Part shown: piece by piece, positions 17,926 to 27,382 of the stretch
Position numbering within the stretch: position 1 is the stretch's first letter
Layout: each line of letters begins with the position of its first letter
Notes under the pieces: model-generated
What the model saw: only the letters and a program-made list of their open reading frames with translations
Database searches by the model: none
Told to the model about the DNA's origin: nothing
IMG/VR virus record: IMGVR_UViG_3300037484_000235
Span: 1 to 64,000 of that record
Source of the DNA: a virus
Taxonomy: Duplodnaviria; Caudoviricetes
Strand: one strand, 5' to 3'
DNA length: 64,000 nucleotides
Translations under genes and position numbers: made by a program

Positions 17926-18168
17926 ATGCCTACCGAACCCACCAATTCAGTCCCAGTGTACGACACGCTCCGATACGTGGACGTCGGAATGAAGGTGCTT
18001 GCACCCTATGATGAGAGGCACCGCATCCGCTGTGTGGTGACTGTCGCGGCGGGGTACCACGCTCGTGTCTGCAATCCGAAGTACGAGTTCGAGAAGTGGT
18101 TTCACATCGATGACCTTCGCATTGAGCCAGTGGATGAAACCCTTCAGGCACATGGGGCACCACGTTGA
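17926..18168 (+). CDS. hypothetical protein
   Basis: TTGA overlap with next gene. Confidence 0.6.
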   Translation: MPTEPTNSVPVYDTLRYVDVGMKVLAPYDERHRIRCVVTVAAGYHARVCNPKYEFEKWFHIDDLRIEPVDETLQAHGAPR

Positions 18169-19004
18169 TCCGCCTGCATGAATCACAACGTCGATACGCC
18201 GAGAGTGAGTGCAGTGCATGCCTCGCCGACGGGCGCCCTGCGTGGCACCCTGGAGTCGTCGAAATAGACGTGGATAGCGAGGGGAAAGTGCCGAAATTCT
18301 GCCCCGGGTGTCTGCGCGCAGCACTCGCCGTATCAGAGGCCAGATTCAACCCATCGGCATTCCCACGCACGGGTATGTCTTTCCTGGAAGGGTTGGGTTT
18401 TGGGGAGCTGATCGATTGGCTCAATCAGGCTTTGAGAGGTGTTGAACCGCTACCCGTAGTTAGCGAGGAGACCCCGGAAGAGTCCATCTTGAGATTTCTC
18501 CCCATGCTCAAGCCTAGGACACAACAAGACGTCAAGGAGGCGTGTCTTCTGCTTGTCCACCGATTTGCATACAGGACTGGCGGTACATGCACTGAGGACG
18601 ATAGTGTGGCCTCGATGCTCCGCCTTGGTCAGAGGCTTCTATTGCCTAATCCATTTGCGGAACGCTTGTATGACATCGTACAAAACAAGGCGTTCTTCGC
18701 TACGCTTCCGGTTGCACAACAGAAGGTCGTGGTGTGTACGCTCTTTGATACCTGTACACCCCTGCCTGCATCCTTCTGGGTAGAACTTGCAAGTCGAGAT
18801 ATCCACTCCTTCGGGGTCATAGCATTCTCGGGTCTGCTGCGTGTGGATGTGGGTGAGGCACTGAAGCTACTGTCTTTGATCCCTAACGATGAGGCTGTGG
18901 TGGATCAGATTTACGTAGTGTTGGATGCTGAGCCCTCTACTACAGAGAGCATCACGCGTAAGGTGGATCTCTGGTCGATGATAGGTGGTGACACACGTGG
19001 CTGA
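18165..19004 (+). CDS. hypothetical protein (N-terminal CxxC pairs, helical C-terminus)
   Basis: 279-aa ORF; CSAC and CPGC. Confidence 0.7.
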   Translation: MIRLHESQRRYAESECSACLADGRPAWHPGVVEIDVDSEGKVPKFCPGCLRAALAVSEARFNPSAFPRTGMSFLEGLGFGELIDWLNQALRGVEPLPVVSEETPEESILRFLPMLKPRTQQDVKEACLLLVHRFAYRTGGTCTEDDSVASMLRLGQRLLLPNPFAERLYDIVQNKAFFATLPVAQQKVVVCTLFDTCTPLPASFWVELASRDIHSFGVIAFSGLLRVDVGEALKLLSLIPNDEAVVDQIYVVLDAEPSTTESITRKVDLWSMIGGDTRG

Positions 19005-19977
19005 TCAAAGAGATGGTGGCATTGCTTGGACCGAGGAAACTTGGAATCCAACACGTGGATGTAGCCGTGTGAGTTCCGGTTGTAAGCACTGCTATGCTGA
19101 GATCGTAGCAGCACGGTTCTCGGGTCCAGGCCAGCCCTACGAAGGCCTTGTTCGCCTGAGCCCAGAGGGCAAAGGGTTGCCTCAGTGGAATGGCGTGATG
19201 CGCCCCGTACCCGACCACCTGGAAGATCCTTTGCGCTGGACTCGCCCACGTCGAGTGTTCGTGAACTCAATGAGCGATCTCTTCCATGAGGCACTCACAT
19301 TCCCCCAGATTGCCGCAATCTTCGGTGTAATGGCGGCCTCATCACGCCACACATTTCAGATCTTGACGAAGCGCCCAGAACGAGCTGCTGACTTCTTCGC
19401 TTGGGCGGAGAGTCGTGGCGAAGATGGCCGGAGCATGTTCCCCAACGATGATGCAGGGTGGCGAATCCGCCAGTGCATGCACGTCGAAGCCCGGCGGGCA
19501 GGGGCAGATCTCAATGCCAAGGACAGGCAGAACCATGGGGGTCCGTGGCCTTTGCCCAACGTGTGGATTGGCACTAGCGTTGAAAACCAGGAGACGGCTG
19601 ACGAGCGGATCCCTCATTTGAAGCGGGTCCCGGCCGTTGTGCGCTTCGTCTCCTACGAGCCTGCGATTGGCCCTGTCGATTTCTACCCACTATTGGAAGC
19701 GGGCATCGACTGGGTCATTATTGGAGGGGAGAGCGGGAAGGACGCGAGGCCATTTGACATGTGGTGGGCTAACACCACCGTGGATGCGTGTCGTGCCTTT
19801 GGAGTTGCGTGTTTCGTGAAGCAGATGGGGTCGCAGACGGTGACTCCCGTCGAAGATCCTGAGGCCAGCAACTACGGTGAGCGGCTGCCCATCAAGTTTT
19901 CCCACTACAAGGGAGGTCACATGGAAGAGTGGCCGTTGCACCTCAGGATCCGTGAGTTTCCTATGGTGATGCAGTGA
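18997..19977 (+). CDS. DUF5131 / phage Gp37Gp68 family protein
   Basis: TWNPTRGCSRVSSGCKHCYAE, VFVNSMSDLFHE, SYEP, DWVIIGGESG and FVKQMG motifs. Confidence 0.9.
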   Translation: MADQRDGGIAWTEETWNPTRGCSRVSSGCKHCYAEIVAARFSGPGQPYEGLVRLSPEGKGLPQWNGVMRPVPDHLEDPLRWTRPRRVFVNSMSDLFHEALTFPQIAAIFGVMAASSRHTFQILTKRPERAADFFAWAESRGEDGRSMFPNDDAGWRIRQCMHVEARRAGADLNAKDRQNHGGPWPLPNVWIGTSVENQETADERIPHLKRVPAVVRFVSYEPAIGPVDFYPLLEAGIDWVIIGGESGKDARPFDMWWANTTVDACRAFGVACFVKQMGSQTVTPVEDPEASNYGERLPIKFSHYKGGHMEEWPLHLRIREFPMVMQ

Positions 19978-20294
19978 TTGTCGTGAAGGTAGAGATGTGG
20001 CCCGGTGGGGTTGAAGAGAGGTCACGGGAGCTGGTACGGATGTACATAGCCAACGAGGGCACGTCTGGTAATCCGAAGCGTGGGAACTATCTCGCTGCCG
20101 TGATGAGACGTGGTGAGGTAAGGGCTCCGTGGAAGCACGGATACAAACGGAATGAAACGGCGAATCCTATCCGTACAGGTCACGTCAAGGGGCACCCACG
20201 TTTGTCTCAACACGTCCTACATCTCATCCGGAAGTGCATCGAGGCATGTTTTGAGGGCAAGCCTCAAGAGACAGAAGACAACTCAAGTGCGTAA
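19974..20294 (+). CDS. hypothetical protein
   Basis: GTGA overlap. Confidence 0.65.
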   Translation: MIVVKVEMWPGGVEERSRELVRMYIANEGTSGNPKRGNYLAAVMRRGEVRAPWKHGYKRNETANPIRTGHVKGHPRLSQHVLHLIRKCIEACFEGKPQETEDNSSA

Positions 20295-20343
20295 GTGAGA
20301 TTTGAACCGGACTCATTAGGGTCTTGGAAGAGAGGAAACCGAC

Positions 20344-21105
20344 ATGACAATGATCAAGCGTGGGCAGGCCGTTAAGGCCACAGTTTTGCACAATGCGTCC
20401 GTGAAGCCACAGGTTGCACAACTGGTTCGAAAGGAGAGGGCCAAGAGGGGAATTTCCCAATCGACACTCGCCAAGCTTCTGGGAATCAAGAACGCTGGTG
20501 CACAGAACACGTTGTCTGTGTGGGAGAGGGGACTTTACAACCTGTTCTTCAGTTCGCTCCAGAAGGCCATTCTTGCCAAGTTCTTAGGCATGGGCCTGAC
20601 AGAACTCAACAAGCTTCTTCAGCAGGACACAGCGTTCTTCGCCAATCGGAAGACTGGCGGGAAGAGCAAGAGGACCAATGGCAAGTCGAAGTCGGTACCT
20701 ACCCCACGTCGATCCCGCACCACTTCCCCTAAGAGTGCCGCGAAGGCCTCCGTGACTCAGATCAAGCCTGCTTCTGGGACCAGGATCGATTTGGCGCCAG
20801 GTACGTCACTGCCAATCACGACCTCCAAGGTATCCGTGGACGCTAACAGTCTGCCGAAGCCAAGCTTTGGCCTAGAGACTCCGGACAAGAAGGTGGACAA
20901 GAAGGTTGACTCCAAGATCAAGAGGGCAGAGTCTAGCAGGCGCGCAATCAGCCCCGTGCGCTTGTTGGGGGCTCTCGTACGGAATGAGCCAACCCTGGTG
21001 ACAGCGGATCCAGAGGCCATTTTCCGTGTCGTGCATCGTCTTCGGATGGTAATGCAGATCATGGGATTCCCGTCCTCGGAAATCGACCGGATTCTCCGGC
21101 GTTGA
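20344..21105 (+). CDS. XRE-family HTH regulator with K/S/T-rich linker
   Basis: RKERAKRGISQSTLAKLLG...TLSVWERG. Confidence 0.75.
   Translation: MTMIKRGQAVKATVLHNASVKPQVAQLVRKERAKRGISQSTLAKLLGIKNAGAQNTLSVWERGLYNLFFSSLQKAILAKFLGMGLTELNKLLQQDTAFFANRKTGGKSKRTNGKSKSVPTPRRSRTTSPKSAAKASVTQIKPASGTRIDLAPGTSLPITTSKVSVDANSLPKPSFGLETPDKKVDKKVDSKIKRAESSRRAISPVRLLGALVRNEPTLVTADPEAIFRVVHRLRMVMQIMGFPSSEIDRILRR
20884..20906 (+). repeat. 12-bp tandem repeat (DKKV x2)
   Basis: GACAAGAAGGT at 20884 and 20896. Confidence 0.7.
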
Positions 21106-21779
21106 AAGACGCGCACCCCATGCCCCTCGCCGCTGCGAAGATCAACCAGATCCTCGACTACTACGAACGTAAACTGAGAGATCTGTACGCAGAGCTGGAC
21201 CCCAACACACGACCACCGGGCTACATTGCACTCAGTGCAAAGCGTCATACGGGGGAGTGCAAGAAGACCTCCGAGGAGCACGAGCACATGCTCTATTGCA
21301 TTGTGACTCTTCGGGAGATGTTGGGGTCCACCGAAGATAATCGCGAAAAGGTGATGCGTTGGCTTGGGTTCCTTCAAGGAGCCTTCTGGGCAGACGGTGT
21401 GTTTTGTGTGACTGACCTCATGTTTCACAACACCATGCCCGTGAGTGTACCACAGCCCAAAGCTGCAAGTCGACCCAAGAGGAAGGCCTCTGTCCCGGCC
21501 ACTTCTGCCAAACCACCTGGTCGAAAGACATTCAAGAACATCGGATTCGACCACCTGGGGGACATGCCCTCCGGAGTTTTCGTAACGTTTACGAGTATCA
21601 ACCAGAGGGAAGAGGACGCCTTGCCAGTGTTCACCGTCTGTGGTGCGTACCGTACGGATGAGACAGGTCTCGTGAAGCGGCGTATCGTGTGCGTGCGCCA
21701 GGCGGCTTTTGGATCCGCGAGGGCCGATGCTTGGGTTCCAGTCACTGACAAACTCAACCTGTGTGAACAGATTGAGTAG
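21102..21779 (+). CDS. hypothetical protein
   Basis: TTGA overlap; EKVMRWLGFLQG motif. Confidence 0.7.
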   Translation: MKDAHPMPLAAAKINQILDYYERKLRDLYAELDPNTRPPGYIALSAKRHTGECKKTSEEHEHMLYCIVTLREMLGSTEDNREKVMRWLGFLQGAFWADGVFCVTDLMFHNTMPVSVPQPKAASRPKRKASVPATSAKPPGRKTFKNIGFDHLGDMPSGVFVTFTSINQREEDALPVFTVCGAYRTDETGLVKRRIVCVRQAAFGSARADAWVPVTDKLNLCEQIE

Positions 21780-21867
21780 GGATAAGGAACGTGGACCCAG
21801 AAGCTTCGGTCTGCCAATATCGATCGACACGCACTAGAAATCCTGGGCCTCAATATAAGTCGGACCA

Positions 21868-22260
21868 ATGAACAAACGCATCCGTAAGAAGAAGCATCTG
21901 GGTGAGTTTCGGCAGCTCGGTTTCCATGTGGCAGCACGGTACCTTGCATCGGTGTCGGAAGAGCAGCTGGACAAGCTTGACGAGAGTTTGATCCTCTTCG
22001 TCGAGTCACGTGACTTGACCATCGGAGGTGGGGTAGGGGTGGAGCCTTCCGCTTTCATTACGCGGGCCTGGTGCCGCAAGAACAGCTGCCACAAACACCC
22101 CCTTGGTGCAAAGCGTAATGCTCAAGTAACCGATGTGGACAGAGAAGCAATTGAGCTATGGTTCAAGGCTCAGGGTGCTATAGATTCTAAGGCAGGTCCG
22201 CTCATCGACGCGAACTACAGCTCGGAAGCTGAATCGGACGCAGCCATGCCAACGCTATGA
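21868..22260 (+). CDS. yggL: YggL (DUF469) 50S ribosome-binding family protein
   Basis: RIRKKKHLGEFRQLGFHV and SEEQLDK parallel YggL RLRKKMHIDEFQELGFSV and SEEQIDK. Confidence 0.8.
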   Translation: MNKRIRKKKHLGEFRQLGFHVAARYLASVSEEQLDKLDESLILFVESRDLTIGGGVGVEPSAFITRAWCRKNSCHKHPLGAKRNAQVTDVDREAIELWFKAQGAIDSKAGPLIDANYSSEAESDAAMPTL

Positions 22261-22273
22261 ATCAGGAGCAAAG

Positions 22274-22465
22274 ATGGCTCGTGTAATCCCGACTCCCTAT
22301 GCCCGTTACACCCACTCTTGTGGGGCTACCGTCGAGTTTGATCTTGCGGATCTCAGTCACGACCATCCGGGAGATCCGGCCTATGTCGTGTGCCCCGCTT
22401 GCGGTGGACGCGTCATCTCAAAGCTCCTACGGTGGCGTAAGCCAAAGCCCGGTGAGTTGAAGTGA
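22274..22465 (+). CDS. zinc-ribbon protein
   Basis: HSCG...CPACG; AGGAG upstream. Confidence 0.7.
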   Translation: MARVIPTPYARYTHSCGATVEFDLADLSHDHPGDPAYVVCPACGGRVISKLLRWRKPKPGELK

Positions 22466-22477
22466 GGACACACTGAG

Positions 22478-22753
22478 ATGCCAATCCACAAGATCATCGT
22501 TCAAGAGACCATCCTCTTCGAGCTTGAGGTAGAGGCTCCGGACGAGGGGGTCGCACTCTGCTTGGTGGATGAGGGAAAGAGATTCCCAATCGTCCACAAG
22601 CGGGTGATCCGCCACGAGACGATATGCAAGTTCCCCCCTGCGTCCTTTGCGGAGTCCGTGCAAGAGGCGAAAGAGGAGCTTGTACGCAGGGACAGAATCG
22701 TCGAAGCTTATGACGTAGTCACCACCCCTCAGGAAGAGATTGGGCCATCATGA
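22478..22753 (+). CDS. hypothetical protein
   Basis: Tiles the operon. Confidence 0.6.
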   Translation: MPIHKIIVQETILFELEVEAPDEGVALCLVDEGKRFPIVHKRVIRHETICKFPPASFAESVQEAKEELVRRDRIVEAYDVVTTPQEEIGPS

Positions 22754-22971
22754 GTGAACCACGTCGCCACAGGGAACCTATAGATTGGATCGAGGTAGTC
22801 TGTTTCGTCTTTTTCATCGGATTCTCTGTCTCCATTATGAGAGATTGTTGGCGAACCAGCAGTTACATTGAGCTGTGTGCTGACGCTTGTGAGAATACTG
22901 GGGTACAGAGTGCCACCGCACAGCGTTGTGAGTGTCTTCCCCGACGCGGACAGACGCCCGCACACCCATGA
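22750..22971 (+). CDS. single-pass membrane protein with Cys-rich tail
   Basis: TM segment, then CADAC...CEC. Confidence 0.65.
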   Translation: MSEPRRHREPIDWIEVVCFVFFIGFSVSIMRDCWRTSSYIELCADACENTGVQSATAQRCECLPRRGQTPAHP

Positions 22972-23201
22972 CTGAGTACGACCCACAGACCTGCATCACT
23001 GCCGGTGAGCTTCGAGCAAGCGGGATCAAAATCCCTCAGGACATCCCAGATTGTGGGTGGGTACCCCGGTGGGCCTTAGTCCCGATTCCCGGATCCGCCG
23101 TTGTAACTGAGAGGGAAAAGGGCTGCCCCCTCAGTGTCAGGTTCTCCCTCACGACCACGGTCCCATTCCAGTGGATTACGATGTCATGCACCGTGCCGTA
23201 G
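22968..23201 (+). CDS. hypothetical protein
   Basis: ATGA overlap. Confidence 0.6.
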   Translation: MTEYDPQTCITAGELRASGIKIPQDIPDCGWVPRWALVPIPGSAVVTEREKGCPLSVRFSLTTTVPFQWITMSCTVP

Positions 23202-23461
23202 GTTACCTGTGCACCTTCTCCACTTTGGATGACCTTCCAAAGAGGTCTCACAAGGATCGTTTGGCTGTGCTCAAGGCACTCAGCAAGGTTCGCAAGTTCT
23301 CGATCTTCGAGGCCACTTCAACAAAGGCTCTTGCCAAAACATTGGCACAACTTGGGTTCGACGGTCTTTACAAGACCGTCGGTGGGGAGTACCCTTGGAT
23401 CGAAATCGAAATCACAGAGGCCGGACAACGTTTGATTGCGGAGTCCGAACCCGGAAACTAG
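23171..23461 (+). CDS. hypothetical protein (possible winged helix)
   Basis: FSIFEAT...GGEYPWIEIEITEAG; start uncertain. Confidence 0.55.
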   Translation: MDYDVMHRAVGYLCTFSTLDDLPKRSHKDRLAVLKALSKVRKFSIFEATSTKALAKTLAQLGFDGLYKTVGGEYPWIEIEITEAGQRLIAESEPGN

Positions 23462-23470
23462 GTCGAACAC

Positions 23471-23863
23471 ATGAGCGATGAACGAGTCAACTATCCTGCC
23501 CACTACAACATGGGTGGATCCAAGGGTGAGGATGGGACCGCCCAGTACGAGACGATCAAAGTGATTGAGGACTGGGGCTTGGGGTTCAAGCTGGGTAATG
23601 CCCTCAAGTACATCTTGCGGGCTCCTCACAAGGGCACTGAGCTGCAAGATCTTTCGAAAGCGCGGTGGTACCTTGACCGGCACGCCCGTTGTGGGAAGAG
23701 TGGGCCCAACGAGCCAGAGCGCACGATGCTCCCACCTGTGGTAGCCGATGCTTGGAACCTTCCGATTGGACTTGCCAACGTGATTCGAAGCATTCACTTC
23801 TTCGACTCACGCGAAGCGCTTGTGTTTCTCGACGAGTACATATCCGCTCGGAGCCAGCGCTAA
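23471..23863 (+). CDS. DUF3310 family protein
   Basis: VNYPAHY...ETIKVIE..GLGFKLGNALKYILRAPHKG..LQDLSKARWYLDR. Confidence 0.85.
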   Translation: MSDERVNYPAHYNMGGSKGEDGTAQYETIKVIEDWGLGFKLGNALKYILRAPHKGTELQDLSKARWYLDRHARCGKSGPNEPERTMLPPVVADAWNLPIGLANVIRSIHFFDSREALVFLDEYISARSQR

Positions 23864-24195
23864 TGACCCCGGTGGATATCAGGCAACTCCTGACTGTCGG
23901 AGACGTCTTCCTGGTTCAGGGGGACGAGTGGATCATCACAGAACGGTCCGGAAACGATCTCCGTGCGGTGCTCTACGCCTCTTTACCTGGGACTGCAAAC
24001 CCCGGGGAGACGCCAGAAGCGTATCGCCTACGAGAGGCACTCGAAGACGCATCCCGCCGGGTTAAGGCCAGTCCCTCGTGGCTCAAGTCCATCTATGATC
24101 AGAACCGAGCTATTGTGGCGCAGATTCGCGCAGAGAACGCACCTGTCAACCCCTCTGGCCGTGAATCTTCCCATCATCACCCACGTACAGGTTGA
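23863..24195 (+). CDS. hypothetical protein
   Basis: TAATG coupling; last gene of the + arm. Confidence 0.55.
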   Translation: MTPVDIRQLLTVGDVFLVQGDEWIITERSGNDLRAVLYASLPGTANPGETPEAYRLREALEDASRRVKASPSWLKSIYDQNRAIVAQIRAENAPVNPSGRESSHHHPRTG

Positions 24196-24805
24196 ACTTT
24201 CCGAAGCGCTCAGAGGCGGCCTGCAACTCACGTGAGTGGCCGTCCCAGTAGTCATCGGAGAATCCAGCACCGTGGCCGTTGCGTGACAGCCAGAAATTCT
24301 GTCCCGCCTTCGTCTCATCTTTGTTGGTGTACTCGAAGTTGCCGTGCTGGAACTGTTGAAATCTATCGCAGTCCCGTATCATCTGGCGCTGGGTATCTAA
24401 GTCAATGTCCCGGATTCCGTACTTAGAGTCCATGGGCCTCCCCTCGTCGTCAGTAGAGGACCACAGAGCCGTCTCGAAGTACTCCTTCGTGAATGGGTCC
24501 ATCGTACCAGCCATTTTGGTGGACTCCCTGAAGATTCGAGGTCTTCGCTTCTTCGCTTCTTTGGTAGCCTCTTCCAGCGTATGGAAGTCGCCAAGATGTT
24601 GTTCCCCACCCTCAACGATTGCAGTGACATGGTATGGTTGGACCCCCTTGAATAGGTAAATCAGCCACCCATTAACCCCATCTACAAGCTCAGGTTCAGA
24701 ATATCTCCCAGTCGGAGCCGCTGTCTTCTCAAGCAGGGGCAACAGGTGTGGGCGCAGCTCGGGCTTCTGGTGGGCGAGTCGGATGATCCGAGACCTGAGT
24801 GTCAT
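24146..24805 (-). CDS. modular protein with LIRLAH..PELR leader
   Basis: MTLRSRIIRLAHQKPELRPHLLPLLEKTAA; C-terminal FTKEYFETALWSS...GQNFWLSRNGHGAGF domain. Confidence 0.8.
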   Translation of the reverse strand: MTLRSRIIRLAHQKPELRPHLLPLLEKTAAPTGRYSEPELVDGVNGWLIYLFKGVQPYHVTAIVEGGEQHLGDFHTLEEATKEAKKRRPRIFRESTKMAGTMDPFTKEYFETALWSSTDDEGRPMDSKYGIRDIDLDTQRQMIRDCDRFQQFQHGNFEYTNKDETKAGQNFWLSRNGHGAGFSDDYWDGHSRELQAASERFGKFNLYVGDDGKIHGQRG

Positions 24806-24855
24806 GGTAACCTAGCTTGTCTATACAATCGGAAGTGACAGGAGCACGCGTCCCC

Positions 24856-25638
24856 ATGTCTAACCTTCGCAGCAGCCTCATCCGCCTTGCTCACGCCCAG
24901 CCGGAGCTTCGGGCGGACCTGATCCCCCTACTCAAAGCAGCGGGTGACACCGGCAATCTTGACACATGGGTGAAGACTTATGAGGAGCAACTCCTAAAGG
25001 CGGTGCGCGAACACCCCGAGGAGTACGCCTACGGGGAGGATAAAGTACCCTCTGTAGCCGCAAAGATGGCCGTAGCCTTTGAAAAAGGAACCTTCAACCA
25101 CGACGGCAGGGCAATCAAAGCCACCTGTCGTGCTCTCGGAATCAAGCACACCCGAACGGCAATCAAAGCCTACATCAGTGGCTCAGACAAGACGGCTGGT
25201 TGCGAGAAGCTCCCAGAGGGAGGGATGCGCGACAATTGTGAGAAGAAGGTCGAAGAGGGCAAGGACAAGCCTGAGAAGAAGGCTACTGGCACTGTCATCG
25301 TCAACAAGGTAGTCAAGATCCATGTCCAACTCACTAAGACAAATGAGATCATTGATCCAGAGTCATTTGAGAGTCCAGAGGACGAGGATACTGGTACCCG
25401 ATACTTCGAAGTCATTGGAAACATGTTCCTGGACTTTGGCGGACCTTCTACCAATGAGAAGATCCGATTCACAGCTCAGGTAAACTACTTCGGTGGGTCT
25501 ACCGCAGATTTCTCAGTAGCTGGCTTTGAGACCATGAAATCAGTAACAGGAAGTGGTGCGGACCCCCTCCTTGGGATACTGCGCAATGCTCTTGAAGAGG
25601 CTCTCTACAAGAGCGGTCGGTCCCTCTTGTTGTCCTGA
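24856..25638 (+). CDS. modular protein with LIRLAH..PELR leader
   Basis: MSNLRSSLIRLAHAQPELRADLIPLLKAAG; divergent from 24146-24805. Confidence 0.8.
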   Translation: MSNLRSSLIRLAHAQPELRADLIPLLKAAGDTGNLDTWVKTYEEQLLKAVREHPEEYAYGEDKVPSVAAKMAVAFEKGTFNHDGRAIKATCRALGIKHTRTAIKAYISGSDKTAGCEKLPEGGMRDNCEKKVEEGKDKPEKKATGTVIVNKVVKIHVQLTKTNEIIDPESFESPEDEDTGTRYFEVIGNMFLDFGGPSTNEKIRFTAQVNYFGGSTADFSVAGFETMKSVTGSGADPLLGILRNALEEALYKSGRSLLLS

Positions 25639-25907
25639 GCACGCCACTTCTTGTGGTGTGATTGCAAGGGTCTCTTGTCTTTGGGTAGCAGCGGGTACTG
25701 AGTGCCTGCCGACCAGAATCCACGTCCTGTGAACCTCTCGATGCAGAGCAACAGCTCTTCGGGGTTCGCGTGTGGGTCCATCATGTCCAGATCGTCAATG
25801 TCTGGCTCATCGTAGTTGATAACCTGTGTAAGGGCTTGCTCCGATGCGGGGTCAACTAGGGCAATTCCACGAAGAACAACAATGGGGGCCCGTTGCAGGA
25901 CAATCAT
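25605..25907 (-). CDS. hypothetical protein
   Basis: End of the - arm. Confidence 0.5.
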   Translation of the reverse strand: MIVLQRAPIVVLRGIALVDPASEQALTQVINYDEPDIDDLDMMDPHANPEELLLCIERFTGRGFWSAGTQYPLLPKDKRPLQSHHKKWRAQDNKRDRPLL

Positions 25908-25909
25908 TG

Positions 25910-26389
25910 TTAGAAGCCAGGCTCAGTCATCTCGGGCTGGGGTTGGTCGGGACTTAGACCCAGCATCTGATTTGCCTTGTGGAGAGCACGTTCGCTTTTC
26001 AGAAGATTCCGAAGGTGACTGGTTGCATCCTCCCTGGAGGATGCCAGCTGGTTTTTGAGTGTGGCAATCTCCGCTTCTGCACTCTCGGCCTGATCCAGAG
26101 CCGCTTCGAGTTGTGCCTCAAGCGAGGGCTCTGAATTGTCTGTCTCCGGCTTGCGGACAATTCTAGACTCTCGGCTGGGGATTTCCGTAACCCGAAGCAT
26201 CACCCGAGACTCAATCATGATGGCAGTCGGGCTGATCCCACCACGATCTACAACGTGGACAGTGCGGCGCAACGCCTCCAGGTCAACGTCGTCTGCAATC
26301 TGATATACAACCGGGTTCCTCAGGTTCAGACTCTTTGCGACAACACCTCTCGGCAAATCCATAGCTCGTACAATATCACCGATCTTCAT
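25910..26389 (-). CDS. hypothetical protein with coiled coil
   Basis: LEAQLEAALDQAESAEAEIATLKNQL. Confidence 0.65.
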   Translation of the reverse strand: MKIGDIVRAMDLPRGVVAKSLNLRNPVVYQIADDVDLEALRRTVHVVDRGGISPTAIMIESRVMLRVTEIPSRESRIVRKPETDNSEPSLEAQLEAALDQAESAEAEIATLKNQLASSREDATSHLRNLLKSERALHKANQMLGLSPDQPQPEMTEPGF

Positions 26390-26425
26390 TGTCTCCCACC
26401 TTTCGTTCCAGGGGCCCCAAGAGCC

Positions 26426-26938
26426 TCAAGGAATCTGTTTAGCCCACAGTGCACGTATCTCTGCAATGAGTCGTGGGATGTCCGTACGGGCACCCGCGAT
26501 GAACTGGGCATTGTCCGCGTCAAAGTCAAACGCCACACCGACTTCGCTGATACGACCCTCACCGATGTTACCCAGGAAGTCCGAGTTGTCAGGGGTCGGA
26601 CGCGAGCCCCAGATCACCACGTCATCTGGCTGCTCAACGTCAGCACGCCACGGCCCCAGAGTAGCCTTGTTGACTCGGGCCTCGATTGCCAAAAGCTCCT
26701 CTTCCGTGATGGTTGAGTCGGGGGCTGACGTGAAAGACCCTCCCTGTTGGAGGAACAGGAGGACGGCCGCAGCATGGATCCTCTCACCTTCTCGAACATC
26801 TCGTGATTGGGTTGCACGCTCGCGAGCGATGGTCAAAGGCCCCCACGCACTCTTTTTGTAACCAGGTAGGTCAACGGCCTTCGACCACAGACCGTGGAAT
26901 GTCAGCCACCCCTCGTCAATCTCAGTCTCGTCACTCAT
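26426..26938 (-). CDS. Ead/Ea22-like domain protein
   Basis: ATLGPW...DNAQFIAGARTDIPRLIAEIRAL. Confidence 0.55.
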   Translation of the reverse strand: MSDETEIDEGWLTFHGLWSKAVDLPGYKKSAWGPLTIARERATQSRDVREGERIHAAAVLLFLQQGGSFTSAPDSTITEEELLAIEARVNKATLGPWRADVEQPDDVVIWGSRPTPDNSDFLGNIGEGRISEVGVAFDFDADNAQFIAGARTDIPRLIAEIRALWAKQIP

Positions 26939-27368
26939 GGCGCTGTCCCCCGGAATCGGAATCCATCCCAGCCAGGAATCCAGCTCGGGCCAAAAGGGAT
27001 TCTGAGGCGACCGCTGCTGCATGACCCACTCGTGCAGGGGGCTCCCAGTCGCCTGGCGTGGCGCTCAGGGCCGTGAGAAACACTTTCTGCCACCACTCGT
27101 CCCGCTCACGCAGGAACGGTCTAGCGGCCTCCTTGGCGCTCTGGGTGAGTTGTTCGGCAATGAGTACCCTCCGGTCACAGTCCGCAATCCGGGATTGTGC
27201 TTCCCGGATGTAGATCTCAGCCTTGGCTTTGACTTCTCGAACTTCAGCCTCAGCCTTGCCGACAGCTTCGAGAGATTTGCGCTCGGCGTCTTCCGCCCTG
27301 GCGATGGCCTCCCTAGCTGACAGCTCGGCTGTCTCGGTACGAGCCTGCAAGTCCTTGAATGTCGACAT
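26931..27368 (-). CDS. coiled-coil protein
   Basis: A/E/R-rich heptads. Confidence 0.65.
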   Translation of the reverse strand: MSTFKDLQARTETAELSAREAIARAEDAERKSLEAVGKAEAEVREVKAKAEIYIREAQSRIADCDRRVLIAEQLTQSAKEAARPFLRERDEWWQKVFLTALSATPGDWEPPARVGHAAAVASESLLARAGFLAGMDSDSGGQRHE

Positions 27369-27382
27369 GCCTGACTTACGCT

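Noticed and set aside
20757-21830. 357-aa antisense ORF
   Set aside because: Shadow of two + strand genes; typical of GC-rich DNA.
24806-24855. Shared late-promoter motif (CTATA / TAGG(G)TATG) before leader-bearing and endonuclease genes
   Set aside because: Only 4-6 nt of similarity across about four sites with inconsistent spacing; needs a genome-wide motif search.
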